A stretch of 20,000 nt of DNA from an uncultured virus (IMG/VR IMGVR_UViG_3300012012_001842). Taxonomy: Duplodnaviria > Heunggongvirae > Uroviricota > Caudoviricetes. The position numbers and the translations under genes were made by a program. The stretch is taken from the IMG/VR virus record IMGVR_UViG_3300012012_001842; one strand, written 5' to 3'. Below the pieces are notes generated by a model that did not search any database, had not been told where the DNA came from, and saw nothing but the letters and a program-made list of their open reading frames with translations. Below are positions 1 through 9,035 of this stretch, in pieces. Within the stretch, counting starts at the first letter, position 1; each line of letters begins with the position of its first letter.

Positions 1-2
1 GG

Positions 3-248
3 TTCAGCGGCGCTGTTTACGCTTCGCGAATTTCGGCTGCGGTGTCGCCGTACCTGCCAGCCGGAGCTGAGTTGCTGCGAGTCAGGCTGTCCGGCATTGT
101 CTTTCGACCGGACGGCTCAAAAACGCTGTTTCGTGACCGGGAGGTTCTGGCAGCTCCGAACGAACCAGCCAAGATGACGACGTCCAAAACTGTGGCCTTC
201 TTCCTCGATCCATCCGACGTGTCTGTGAACATCATCTCCAATGGCTGA
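3..248 (+). CDS. C-terminal part of a 5'-truncated protein, possibly baseplate J-like
   Basis: Frame is open from position 3 (FSGAVYASRISAAVSPYLPAGAELLRVRLSGIVFRPDG...AFFLDPSDVSVNIISNG*) and its stop overlaps the next ATG. Function is inferred from position only. Confidence 0.55.
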   Translation, partial: FSGAVYASRISAAVSPYLPAGAELLRVRLSGIVFRPDGSKTLFRDREVLAAPNEPAKMTTSKTVAFFLDPSDVSVNIISNG

Positions 249-1713
249 TCGCATCGACGACTCGCAGGCAATCTCCACTCTACCTGGCTCGTTTTGGACA
301 GAAACGTACGCAGGTCACAGCCAGGTTACGTCCATTTGCGACGCAGTCGCGGAGGCAGGGCGACAGTCCTTGGTGACCGCCGAAGAGCTGGCAGCCTCGA
401 CTGGTCGCGAGAGTGCCTTGCCCTACCGGAGGACAACGTGGCACCCTCTGACGCTGAAACTTTCCGAATTGAACGCCAGCCGCGCCGCGTTGCTTCGATT
501 CGGAGACGGGGCTGTGCTCGGGCCGCAGTCGGACGGTTCCCGGTACTACTTCGGTGTCAGCAGGCAGACGTACTACACGTTTCCAACGCCGACAAACCTG
601 AAACGATTCTCCTACGCCGCTACACGAATCTCCTCGCCCGGCCGCGTGTGGCTCGTTGGTGTGGACGTGCTATTCGATCACGAGCGATCCTTGCTGCTGT
701 TTCTCGACAATCCTCTGGACGAGCCGACAGCGGCTGTCAGCTCCGTGTTTCACAATTCTGACCTGTCGGACGCTTCTCTGACTCTGTGGTTGGCTGATGC
801 CGAATTCGATCACGGCGACGTCTACGAGCAGCACGGGTTTGTGTTTGGCATGCCACCACAGCAGGACAGCGCGTGGCAGCAGCCTGGGTTGATCGCGCTG
901 GCTGACAACGTCGTGGGCGGTACCAATCTGTCTGACTTCATGGCTTTGTTGTCAGCCGGAACCGGAGTACCGCTGACGACCGAAGCCGAGGTCGTGGAAC
1001 ACATCGTTGAAGACCGTCACGGCGTCGCTGTGGTTACAGACAAAAACTGCCATCGGTTGCCGGCCGGTTCGGCTTCGACGGTTGCTGTTGGTGACACGCT
1101 GCTGGCCGGTACGTTTGTTGGGAGTGGCGTACGTGTCGCCACGTTCCAGAACGGGATTGTCCCAGCCTGGCTGAATGCGATCGCGATAGGCCGGGGACTT
1201 TTAGACAGGTCAATCGCCGGCGAATTTCTGCTGCAAAACGCCGACGTTCCGTTCATCACACAAACTACGTCCGGCTCGCCTGTTTCCCGGTTCGAGATCG
1301 GCGGACTTCCTGCGGAATCCGCCGCCTTCTTTAGAGAAGTACACACCCGCCTGGCGGCGAATGAGTCGTCGCTGTTCGACGTCGTCGGAAATTGGCAAGG
1401 TGAGGACTATCCAACGATCATCAACCCGTTGGCGTTTTTCGCCGACCAGTGGTTTCGCTGCTCGCTGGTTGTCGTACATTTGACTCAGGCGTCGCTGCGG
1501 TCGAAGGGTGTGTCGCATTTACGGCTGCTGCCTCGCGTGTTTCCTCCGCACCTGCTCTTGCTGGTGGTAATAGACTTACGCCCGCCGGTGTCCGACTTTA
1601 TACTGCCGCAGACGGCTTCGATCGGTGGTTTTTCCGCCGCTGTCAAACAAACGGCCTCCGGTACTGCGGGCGAGATCGTCTCCAGCCGTCGGTACGTGAC
1701 CAACTGCGCCTGA
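241..1713 (+). CDS. Hypothetical 490-aa protein, putative baseplate wedge/structural protein
   Basis: Long ORF coupled to the upstream gene, with LPGSFWTETY near the N-terminus and a V-x-VGD-x-L-x-x-G beta-hairpin motif (TVAVGDTLLAGT). Lies just upstream of fibre-like genes. Confidence 0.55.
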   Translation: MADRIDDSQAISTLPGSFWTETYAGHSQVTSICDAVAEAGRQSLVTAEELAASTGRESALPYRRTTWHPLTLKLSELNASRAALLRFGDGAVLGPQSDGSRYYFGVSRQTYYTFPTPTNLKRFSYAATRISSPGRVWLVGVDVLFDHERSLLLFLDNPLDEPTAAVSSVFHNSDLSDASLTLWLADAEFDHGDVYEQHGFVFGMPPQQDSAWQQPGLIALADNVVGGTNLSDFMALLSAGTGVPLTTEAEVVEHIVEDRHGVAVVTDKNCHRLPAGSASTVAVGDTLLAGTFVGSGVRVATFQNGIVPAWLNAIAIGRGLLDRSIAGEFLLQNADVPFITQTTSGSPVSRFEIGGLPAESAAFFREVHTRLAANESSLFDVVGNWQGEDYPTIINPLAFFADQWFRCSLVVVHLTQASLRSKGVSHLRLLPRVFPPHLLLLVVIDLRPPVSDFILPQTASIGGFSAAVKQTASGTAGEIVSSRRYVTNCA

Positions 1714-1729
1714 ACACGGATGTAAACGC

Positions 1730-2260
1730 ATGTCTGCGACACTGCTGGCCTCTTGGGGATACGCCGCCGCCAAAGCCCTCGGGGATGGCGGGCTGCAGTG
1801 GCGCGCTCGCAAGGTCTACATCGAGTTCGAGAACGTGGTCAGTCCATCTAATCCGGTATCCGTGCCGGCGGTGGCGGCTTTGGACGAGACACACGGAGCG
1901 GCGTACTACGCCGGTCTGTCCAGCTCCGCCACGCGAGACTTCCTTCGAGTCGACTTGCTGGCTGCCCCTTTACTGGGTGTCGCTGCCGGCTACGAAGGCT
2001 ACTTCCCCGAGGGACACGGCAACGTGTTGCGGCTGTTTGCACAAACGGCCGGCATCGTCGGATTCCACGGACGCACATTCTCCGACACAGCCAACAGTAA
2101 AGTCTGTGGCGTGGCGCTGGTCGTAGCCCCGGCTGAGCTGGACCAGACACAGGATGTTGTCATCATGCGGTCCTACTACAGCACCGGCGAGCAGATTCTG
2201 AAGCTGCCTAACTCGCAGATCGGCGTCTCACTCGAAATTCCGTTCATTCTGCCGGACTGA
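1730..2260 (+). CDS. Hypothetical 176-aa protein, putative tail collar/fibre-attachment protein
   Basis: ATG start; fills the gap between 1713 and 2279; beta-rich composition. Function is inferred from context. Confidence 0.55.
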   Translation: MSATLLASWGYAAAKALGDGGLQWRARKVYIEFENVVSPSNPVSVPAVAALDETHGAAYYAGLSSSATRDFLRVDLLAAPLLGVAAGYEGYFPEGHGNVLRLFAQTAGIVGFHGRTFSDTANSKVCGVALVVAPAELDQTQDVVIMRSYYSTGEQILKLPNSQIGVSLEIPFILPD

Positions 2261-2278
2261 CATTGGAAGGGACTTCGC

Positions 2279-4063
2279 ATGGCGGGTTGGCTGGAACGAA
2301 TTCAACACCTGATCGACGGCGAGCCGGTGGACGCTGGCGCGACGGGGCGTCCAGATCGTCAACTCGATCAGAACCTGCAGCATCTAAAAGATCTGCTGGA
2401 ACTGTCGTTGGTTGGACAAGCCCTGGTAGCCCGAGACGTGACAGTGTCGCCGGACGTACTGCTTGGCCAGCCTGTATTCTGGAACGCCACAAGCGATCGC
2501 GCGGAGCGGGCGTTGGCCAAGGTTGAATACGACACTGAGCTTGGTACGCTCGTCGCAGCGGCTGAGGCGGAAGTGCTGGGCGTGGTGTTGTCCAAGTCTG
2601 GCTCGACGTTGGCGGACATCGTCATCGTAGGTTGGGTGGACCTGGACATCTCCAACGCAGTGACTGGCGACACAGAGTCTGGACGCTATTACCTGTCCGG
2701 CAGCAATCCAGGACATTTGACTCGGTCGAGACCGTCTCTGTCTGTGCCTGTTCTGTTTGCGGACGGGCACGGAAAAGCGCTCGTATTGCCGATCGCCCGC
2801 AACTGGATGGAAGATCACGGACACTTCCGTTTTGGTTTGGTCTGCGCTCCAGCAGGCGACCACACGCCTCCGTCGAGCGGCAACCCGCACACGATTACCG
2901 ACGCGGACGCTGATCTCGCCGGCTGGTTGCCAGCCGCACACGCCAGCTTCAACGGAAACGCTCCAGCAGGGGCTAGGTTTGGCTACAACATACCCGCGCA
3001 TCCAGCCTTGTCTCGCGTTTGGCCTCCGCTGCCGGAGTCGTCCGCCTCGTTGACGTGGGACCGCGGCCAGAACCAAGTCGGTGGCACGGAAGTCCCCCTC
3101 GGCGAGCACGGCCAAGCGGTGATCGACAAACACGGCATCTGGTGGATGACCAACTGTTACAGCGACGTTCCATGGCCTACCGACTTCACGTTCGCTGACG
3201 GTGAAGACTCGGAGATTATCGATCCACCCAGCACTTGCCCGCGACCGGAAATCATGCGGCTGAGCCTGAACTTCTCCCGGACGCTTTTCGACGCTGCCAG
3301 AACCGTCGTGACCAGCCTGGTTGCCAAGCCTGGCGGAATTGTGCGCGTCTACGGCTGCGACGGGCTGGTGGCAAGCACCGGAGATTTGACAGTTGACGCG
3401 TTGTTGTCACTGTCCATTCTGAACAACGACGAGCCGGGCTTTCTGGTGATCAAGGGCATCGACGAGGACAGCAAATTTCTACGCGGTCCGGTGGTTGAGG
3501 GCGTCGTAGTCGCCGGTACCGGCCTCGTGGCCACATCAACTGGCTCGGAGGTCGTTCTCGGCACCACTGTACACCGTGGAAGAATTTCTCTCACCGCGGC
3601 GCTCACGCCTGCGGACAAGGAACTCGCGCCTACGGTTGTGCGTCTCAGCGACGCCAAGGAACGATTTGAGAACGAGATTCCCTACGTCGGCTTTCCGTCT
3701 GGTTACATGTCGTCCGTGCGGGTGAGTTTCAACGTGCCTCCGGACGGCGTGGCTGTCGATTCCCCGCTCACGTTCAATCTCGTGGTCCTCGGCACACAGG
3801 CTGGTCAGCTGCCAAACCTAGAAGTGTCGTACCGCGTCATTCCGGCGGCCTCTGGCACCCCTCAAACCGTGCCTGCGACGGACACAGCACTCACGCCTCC
3901 GGCCACGACGCCGCTCGTCTCGGCCAATCAGTACCTGGCAATCGCGATGCCGTCAATTGAAGTCAATCCAGGTGACACTGTGTTGCTGGATGTCGGCCGC
4001 GGGAGTGACGGTTACGGCGGAGAAATCGGTTTGATCCGTGTCTCCGCAGTGTTGGGGGGCTAA
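2279..4063 (+). CDS. Putative tail fibre/baseplate-anchored protein (594 aa)
   Basis: The N-terminus IQHLIDGEPVDAGATGRPDRQLDQNLQHLKDLLE resembles the phage fibre-anchor motif (DGEPV...NRP..QL..N..YLK). It is followed by a GQPVFW...LGVVL...GRYYLS...PGHLT domain common in virion proteins. GGAAGGGA lies upstream as a possible RBS. Confidence 0.7.
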   Translation: MAGWLERIQHLIDGEPVDAGATGRPDRQLDQNLQHLKDLLELSLVGQALVARDVTVSPDVLLGQPVFWNATSDRAERALAKVEYDTELGTLVAAAEAEVLGVVLSKSGSTLADIVIVGWVDLDISNAVTGDTESGRYYLSGSNPGHLTRSRPSLSVPVLFADGHGKALVLPIARNWMEDHGHFRFGLVCAPAGDHTPPSSGNPHTITDADADLAGWLPAAHASFNGNAPAGARFGYNIPAHPALSRVWPPLPESSASLTWDRGQNQVGGTEVPLGEHGQAVIDKHGIWWMTNCYSDVPWPTDFTFADGEDSEIIDPPSTCPRPEIMRLSLNFSRTLFDAARTVVTSLVAKPGGIVRVYGCDGLVASTGDLTVDALLSLSILNNDEPGFLVIKGIDEDSKFLRGPVVEGVVVAGTGLVATSTGSEVVLGTTVHRGRISLTAALTPADKELAPTVVRLSDAKERFENEIPYVGFPSGYMSSVRVSFNVPPDGVAVDSPLTFNLVVLGTQAGQLPNLEVSYRVIPAASGTPQTVPATDTALTPPATTPLVSANQYLAIAMPSIEVNPGDTVLLDVGRGSDGYGGEIGLIRVSAVLGG

Positions 4064-4065
4064 GC

Positions 4066-5868
4066 GTGCCCGCATTTTTTAACTCCGAATGGCTCAACAG
4101 CAACAGCCAGCGCAGCTACCCGTTTGCCGAGCACGCGACAAAGACAGACGTCACGTCGTCGATCGTCATGCCGGACAGTTTCCTGGTGGAGCTGTACATG
4201 CCGGTGTCTGCCGTGTTCGACACGCTGCCAGACAAGTTCTACGTCCATTCCATCGCAATCATCGGCGCTGGGTACGTGCTGAACATAGGCTACGACGACG
4301 GCACCAGCGAGCCGACAATAATCGCCGTGACCAGCATCGCCCGTACGAACTTTCACGAGAACGGACGCTACGCTCTGGTCGGCACCGGCGACTTCGACGA
4401 CACCGTCGGAAAAGTGGTCATTGGACGGCTGCAGGAGATCGAACGTCTGCCTGCCGGCATCTACACGTTCACTCCAGCGGGCGGAGCTATCGATCCGGAC
4501 TGCATTCGACCGATGATTCGCGGAGTCAGCTCGATCGCTGTTGACCTTAACGGCGTGCGAGGTCCTCGTCTGCGTGACAGGGTGATCCTGTCGGCTGGGA
4601 ACGGCATACGTCTGTCCACCATCACCGGACCAGGCATCGACTCCAGGATTCGCATCGACGCCATCCCAGGCAGCCTCGAAGAGGCGTGTCTGTGCGACGA
4701 ACCTCAACCGCCTTGCATCCGTACCATCAACGGGATCCCTGGAGACTCGAACCAGAACTTCACACTGACCGGAGACAACTGTCTGGTCATTACGCCATCC
4801 GGCAACGGGCTGCGTCTGGAAGACAAGTGCTGCAAGCCATGCTGCGGCTGTGATGAGCTGAACGAAGTGCTGCGAGCTTTGCGCGGCACGCAGTCCAGTC
4901 TGCACACGGTCGAGAACTTCACCAGTCGGTTGGCTGGTGAGGTGCAGGAGATGGAACTGACCGTTCTCAGCAGTCGACTGAACGACACCGGCTGCGGCGG
5001 TGGCGGTGGCGGCGGCGGTGGAGGTGGAACAGCTCCAACGATCACCATCACCGCAGCTCCGTCGAGCGTCGCGTCAGGGGCCAGCGCCACATTAACCTGG
5101 AGTTCCACCAACGCTACCACAGTCACAATTGACGGATCTTCAGTGGCGTTGTCCGGGTCGATGTCAGTCTCGCCCGGCGGCACGCATACTTACACAGCTG
5201 CGGCTGTCGGCGTAGGCGGCACCGCCTCCGCTTCGGCCACTGTGACAGTGACAGGCTCCGGCGGACCGCCAACGATCAACCTCACAGTCAGTCCGGCCAA
5301 TGTGCTCGCCGGAGGCTCTGCCACGCTAAGCTGGAGTTCCACCAACGCCGTCGCAGTCACAATTGATGGAACTTCAGCAGCGTTGTCCGGGTCTCGGGCT
5401 ATCACCGCTCCTGTAACATCTGGTCAACGGGCGATGCTTCAGTTTACCCACACGGCCCTGGCTACTAAGCCAGGCGCTACTAGCGGCAGCGATTCGGTAA
5501 TTTTGCACGTAGCTCCTGTGCCTGTGGGTGCTATGCGGGTTACCTTCAGTATCAGCGGAACTGCCGGCAGCTTCTCTATGTCATGGAATGCCGCCGAACG
5601 ACAGTGGCGATCGTACGCCACTTCCGGCGTGGCAACCAGCCGAGCGCTGACTGCGCAACTGGCCGGGGTTAGCTCAGGACCGGCTGCCGGTGCTACTTTG
5701 GTCATCTCCAGCCCGATCAACGGCCCTGTGGCTTGGTACAACTCCAGTTCAGGTGCGACAGACATCTCTGAAGGTGTGTGCGGGTCACTCTCACTCGGCA
5801 AGAACGTCAGCATGTCATCCATATACGGGCAGACTTACTCCAACGTGGCGACCGGGGCCTGCCTGTAA
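4066..5868 (+). CDS. Cys-rich virion-type protein, paralogue 1, with poly-Gly linker and two Ig-like repeats (600 aa)
   Basis: GTG start; motifs WLNSNSQRSYPF, CIRTINGIPGD and CCKPCCGC, then a predicted coiled coil, G11 linker and two PTI...G-x-SATL-x-WSSTNA repeats. Confidence 0.8.
   Translation: MPAFFNSEWLNSNSQRSYPFAEHATKTDVTSSIVMPDSFLVELYMPVSAVFDTLPDKFYVHSIAIIGAGYVLNIGYDDGTSEPTIIAVTSIARTNFHENGRYALVGTGDFDDTVGKVVIGRLQEIERLPAGIYTFTPAGGAIDPDCIRPMIRGVSSIAVDLNGVRGPRLRDRVILSAGNGIRLSTITGPGIDSRIRIDAIPGSLEEACLCDEPQPPCIRTINGIPGDSNQNFTLTGDNCLVITPSGNGLRLEDKCCKPCCGCDELNEVLRALRGTQSSLHTVENFTSRLAGEVQEMELTVLSSRLNDTGCGGGGGGGGGGGTAPTITITAAPSSVASGASATLTWSSTNATTVTIDGSSVALSGSMSVSPGGTHTYTAAAVGVGGTASASATVTVTGSGGPPTINLTVSPANVLAGGSATLSWSSTNAVAVTIDGTSAALSGSRAITAPVTSGQRAMLQFTHTALATKPGATSGSDSVILHVAPVPVGAMRVTFSISGTAGSFSMSWNAAERQWRSYATSGVATSRALTAQLAGVSSGPAAGATLVISSPINGPVAWYNSSSGATDISEGVCGSLSLGKNVSMSSIYGQTYSNVATGACL
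4996..5028 (+). repeat. GGN codon run encoding an 11-glycine linker
   Basis: ggcggtggcggtggcggcggcggtggaggtgga, directly after ...SSRLNDTGC. Confidence 0.9.
5097..5393 (+). repeat. Intragenic direct repeat: two 63-bp copies (5097-5159 and 5331-5393) in tandem Ig-like domains
   Basis: Manual alignment gives 8 mismatches in 63 bp; the copies are 234 bp (78 codons) apart. Confidence 0.9.
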
Positions 5869-5885
5869 CAATTGCGAGTACGGAC

Positions 5886-7448
5886 ATGCCCACTCTTTTC
5901 AATTCACTGCTGTCGCCTGACGCCGGGCGTGGAACCGGAGTGGAGTTCCACGGCTCGAATTACCCTTTTGTATCGCCCAACAACGGCTCGCGAGGTCTGC
6001 TGGCTGATCTGTGGCTGACGCACGACGACACGACGCTTGTGCCGCCATTCAGAGTGTCTCAAATGCTGCACATGGGTCGACCGCTCGACCTGGAGGCAGC
6101 CGCTCCGCCGGACGAGCACCCGTGCGACCTGGTTATACTGGACGCTACCAACTCCGTCGTCTGTGACACCCGCCTGGCTTCGCGATACGACGGTCGCCGA
6201 TTCGGTAGCCGGTTCTTCGTTCACGAGTGGAGGTTCCCGGACCGAGTCTGCAGCGTCGTGCAGCACGCAGCCCTGGACGATCTGCTGCAAGACGTGTTAC
6301 GCACGACAGACAACGGTGACGGCCAGATCGAGGAAGCCGAGCTGGACGCCTACCTCACAACGTTTGGCAATCCCATCCCGGAGTTGATCATACCGACGTC
6401 CGGTGAGTTGGATGAACGGACACACGAATTACTGGTAGACCGGCTGCTGGAGTTTGAAGTAGACGGAGTGGTCATTTCAGGAAATGTCATCCTGGTGCCG
6501 GGATTCAACATCGTCTTAGGTGGCGACGCCTCGCTGTCGCAGCGAATACCGGCGGGCCTTCCAACAAGTTTGCGTTCGTCGATCGGCTCTACGTTATCGT
6601 TGACAGAGAACGTGGTGTCGATTTCGATCGAGCCTGGCGGCGGTGAAGGGCCTGTTCCTGGCTGCGACGGAGCGGAAGCCGGCCTGCGGTCGATCAACAT
6701 CACCAATCCAACCAACGACGGACGGTTCACGCTCTCCGGAGTGGCCTGCATCGACGTGTCTCCACCGCCATTGGACGGACGTCCGTTGGAGCTGTTGACG
6801 AGCGCATTGAAACTCAGCAACCATTGCGGCGCGTGCTGCGCTTGCACGGACTATGTCGCCACGTACAAGCAGATTCGGCGGGTCTACGACCGTATCAAGG
6901 TGGCGGCGGCACTGGCCGAGGTGGTCCGATACGACTACCACGACTTGCTGGATCGATGGGACACAGAAAAGCTGTGCCGCGAGTCAAAGCCGCTGCGAGT
7001 CGGCTGCTCGGGTGCGAAATTCATCAGGCCGTACCCGGACGCCGATCCTCCTAAGCCGCCTTACGAGGTGACGTACGTCACCATAGCCTGCACCGTGTGC
7101 AACACCACCGACGACTGTCTGTTCGACGTCCAGGTGCGGTTGTCGCACGGCTGGGGCGGCGGCGTCATTCTAAACGGCAGCAATTTCCAAACTTATGACG
7201 ACGGGTCGTCTGACACAGCTGACGTTGGTAGCGGGCCAGTTCATTTCGCCAACTGGGGCCAGATCGCCAAGAACCAGTCCGTGTTTGTACAGTTCACGCT
7301 GATGTGGGAGCCGATCAACACTCCGTCTGGCTCGTTTACGGTTTGTGCCACAGCCACGGCCGCAGGTCAGACGTTGCCGCTGGGCGGGACAGCCTACGAG
7401 ACGTGTGATACGACGACAGTGGCTATCCAAGTACTGGCGGTGTTCTGA
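5886..7448 (+). CDS. Cys-rich virion-type protein, paralogue 2 (520 aa)
   Basis: ATG 5886 is preferred over 5778 because it avoids overlap with the upstream gene and gives an MPTLFNS start like MPAFFNS of paralogue 1. Motifs GSNYPF, LRSINITNPTNDGRFTL and HCGACCAC, then a helical segment and a beta-rich C-terminal domain. Confidence 0.8.
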   Translation: MPTLFNSLLSPDAGRGTGVEFHGSNYPFVSPNNGSRGLLADLWLTHDDTTLVPPFRVSQMLHMGRPLDLEAAAPPDEHPCDLVILDATNSVVCDTRLASRYDGRRFGSRFFVHEWRFPDRVCSVVQHAALDDLLQDVLRTTDNGDGQIEEAELDAYLTTFGNPIPELIIPTSGELDERTHELLVDRLLEFEVDGVVISGNVILVPGFNIVLGGDASLSQRIPAGLPTSLRSSIGSTLSLTENVVSISIEPGGGEGPVPGCDGAEAGLRSINITNPTNDGRFTLSGVACIDVSPPPLDGRPLELLTSALKLSNHCGACCACTDYVATYKQIRRVYDRIKVAAALAEVVRYDYHDLLDRWDTEKLCRESKPLRVGCSGAKFIRPYPDADPPKPPYEVTYVTIACTVCNTTDDCLFDVQVRLSHGWGGGVILNGSNFQTYDDGSSDTADVGSGPVHFANWGQIAKNQSVFVQFTLMWEPINTPSGSFTVCATATAAGQTLPLGGTAYETCDTTTVAIQVLAVF

Positions 7449-9034
7449 TGTCCTACAAGGGCCGAAACTTTCACGATCTGAACTCCGTCCGCGGCTATCC
7501 GCTGGACGATACGGCCACCGGTCTGTCTGACGACGGAGTCAGAATGCCAGACGGCATCCTGGTGGACGCCTGTCTCCGCTTCCCTCGCACGATCGGTCAG
7601 TTTGCCTACCTGATGGCTGTCAATTCTTCGCCGACGCAGGTCAGCTTCGTGATCGGCGTCGCGGACGAGCTCGATGACAGCACCATGCTGCCGATCGCCG
7701 CACTGTCGCTGTCGGCTCCGATACTGTCCGGCAAGCCGTATGAGCTTAAACCGCTGTTGGTTGGAGTTGCCGGCTGGCTGGTATTCGGACCGAACGACGA
7801 GCCGTACGCTGGCAAATTCTCCACGCCGTCGCAAAGCCGTTTGTTGGACAGGGTGGCGAGGCCGTATCAAAGTCTGCCAGTGCCGTGGATCTCGAAGACG
7901 ATGGACGAGCACAAGCTTGTCAGCGAGACACACTTGTTTGGCGGCACGGACATCGAGGTGATAACCGGGCAGAGGTTGATCGAAGGCGTGCTGAAAGACG
8001 CCGTCATCATTCGACTTACTGGCGATCTGCAGGCCAAGCTAGAAGAGTACGCGGGCACGTGCGGCGGGCGTCCAGACAGCCGTACCTGCATTCTGCCTGG
8101 TGTTGAAAGCATCTCCGGGGCGACGCCAGACGCTAATGGCGACATCGAGATCGCGTTCGGAGGTATGCGGGCTTCGTCCATTCCCAACGGAGTGTTGGTC
8201 AGTACGTCCGCGTCACTACCGGAATTGTGCGGTGACCGGCTCGTTTCCGTTGATGAGCCTGTGGACTACTGCAGCTCGATGTCCGAGATCAGCGAGAGCA
8301 CCGGCGTCTCCGACAGCATTAGCGACAGTGTGAGCGATTCTGTCAGTACGTCGGAGTCGTCCAGCGTTGTCGATGTAACCTATCCGAAGTGCGTCCGCTT
8401 CTTTTCGGACGAGACCTCGCCGCTGTCGTTTCCATACGGCGCGTGGGATAAGACCGCAGCCTACCCGCACACGTTTCCGTGCTGGGACGGCGGTCACGAT
8501 GAGCCTACGTGGAGGTCTCAACGGACCAACCACACGCCCCTTGCCGTCGGCAACCCCTGCGGTTCTCAGATCGCCATCTTTAACAATCCTGACTACACTC
8601 AAGCCGTAAACATGTCCGTCGAGACGTCTCTGCGGGTCATCGGCGCAGACGCCATCGCCGGTGTGTTGTTCGGTTATCGCCGGCTGTGGGACCGCAGTTA
8701 CCCAGACGGCTTCGCAGCTGTCATGGATCGCAGCCGCAGCAGTTTCAGCATCGGTTACTGGACGCCTTCTGGGTTCTTGCCACTCGTGTCCTCGAAAAAA
8801 TTGTATTTTGACTCAGGGTACTGGCACAAGATCCAGGCAACCATCACCCAGGACGGCGCGGACATCGTGTTGCAGGCTTCGCTTGGCATAGTTGGCGGCA
8901 ATTCCAGCCGCTCGATTCAGACGCGAATTCAAGGCGGTTGGCGAGATAGCGCCAGTGGTCGTTTCGGGCTGCTGGCCATGGGTCAGACTGCTGAAAACTC
9001 AATGTTTGCCTACCTCCGCATGGATCTAATCTGA
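7448..9034 (+). CDS. Virion-type protein, paralogue 3, with Ser-rich linker and C-terminal ConA-like (DUF1080/LamG-type) beta-sandwich (528 aa)
   Basis: TGATG coupling to the upstream gene; motifs FHDLNSVRGYPL and VESISGATPDANGDIEI; linker SSMSEISESTGVSDSISDSVSDSVSTSESSS; C-terminal AGVLFGY...WHKIQATI...GRFGL...FAYLRM pattern. Confidence 0.8.
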   Translation: MSYKGRNFHDLNSVRGYPLDDTATGLSDDGVRMPDGILVDACLRFPRTIGQFAYLMAVNSSPTQVSFVIGVADELDDSTMLPIAALSLSAPILSGKPYELKPLLVGVAGWLVFGPNDEPYAGKFSTPSQSRLLDRVARPYQSLPVPWISKTMDEHKLVSETHLFGGTDIEVITGQRLIEGVLKDAVIIRLTGDLQAKLEEYAGTCGGRPDSRTCILPGVESISGATPDANGDIEIAFGGMRASSIPNGVLVSTSASLPELCGDRLVSVDEPVDYCSSMSEISESTGVSDSISDSVSDSVSTSESSSVVDVTYPKCVRFFSDETSPLSFPYGAWDKTAAYPHTFPCWDGGHDEPTWRSQRTNHTPLAVGNPCGSQIAIFNNPDYTQAVNMSVETSLRVIGADAIAGVLFGYRRLWDRSYPDGFAAVMDRSRSSFSIGYWTPSGFLPLVSSKKLYFDSGYWHKIQATITQDGADIVLQASLGIVGGNSSRSIQTRIQGGWRDSASGRFGLLAMGQTAENSMFAYLRMDLI

Positions 9035-9035
9035 C

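Noticed and set aside
5097..5393. Repeat pair as the template and variable repeats of a diversity-generating retroelement
   Set aside because: The 8 mismatches are not confined to adenines, both copies are in frame in the same gene, and no reverse transcriptase is in the window.
5778..5885. Longer N-terminus for paralogue 2 (and 9754 start for paralogue 5)
   Set aside because: These starts overlap upstream genes; starts at 5886 and 9781 fit the paralogue alignment and the gene junctions better.
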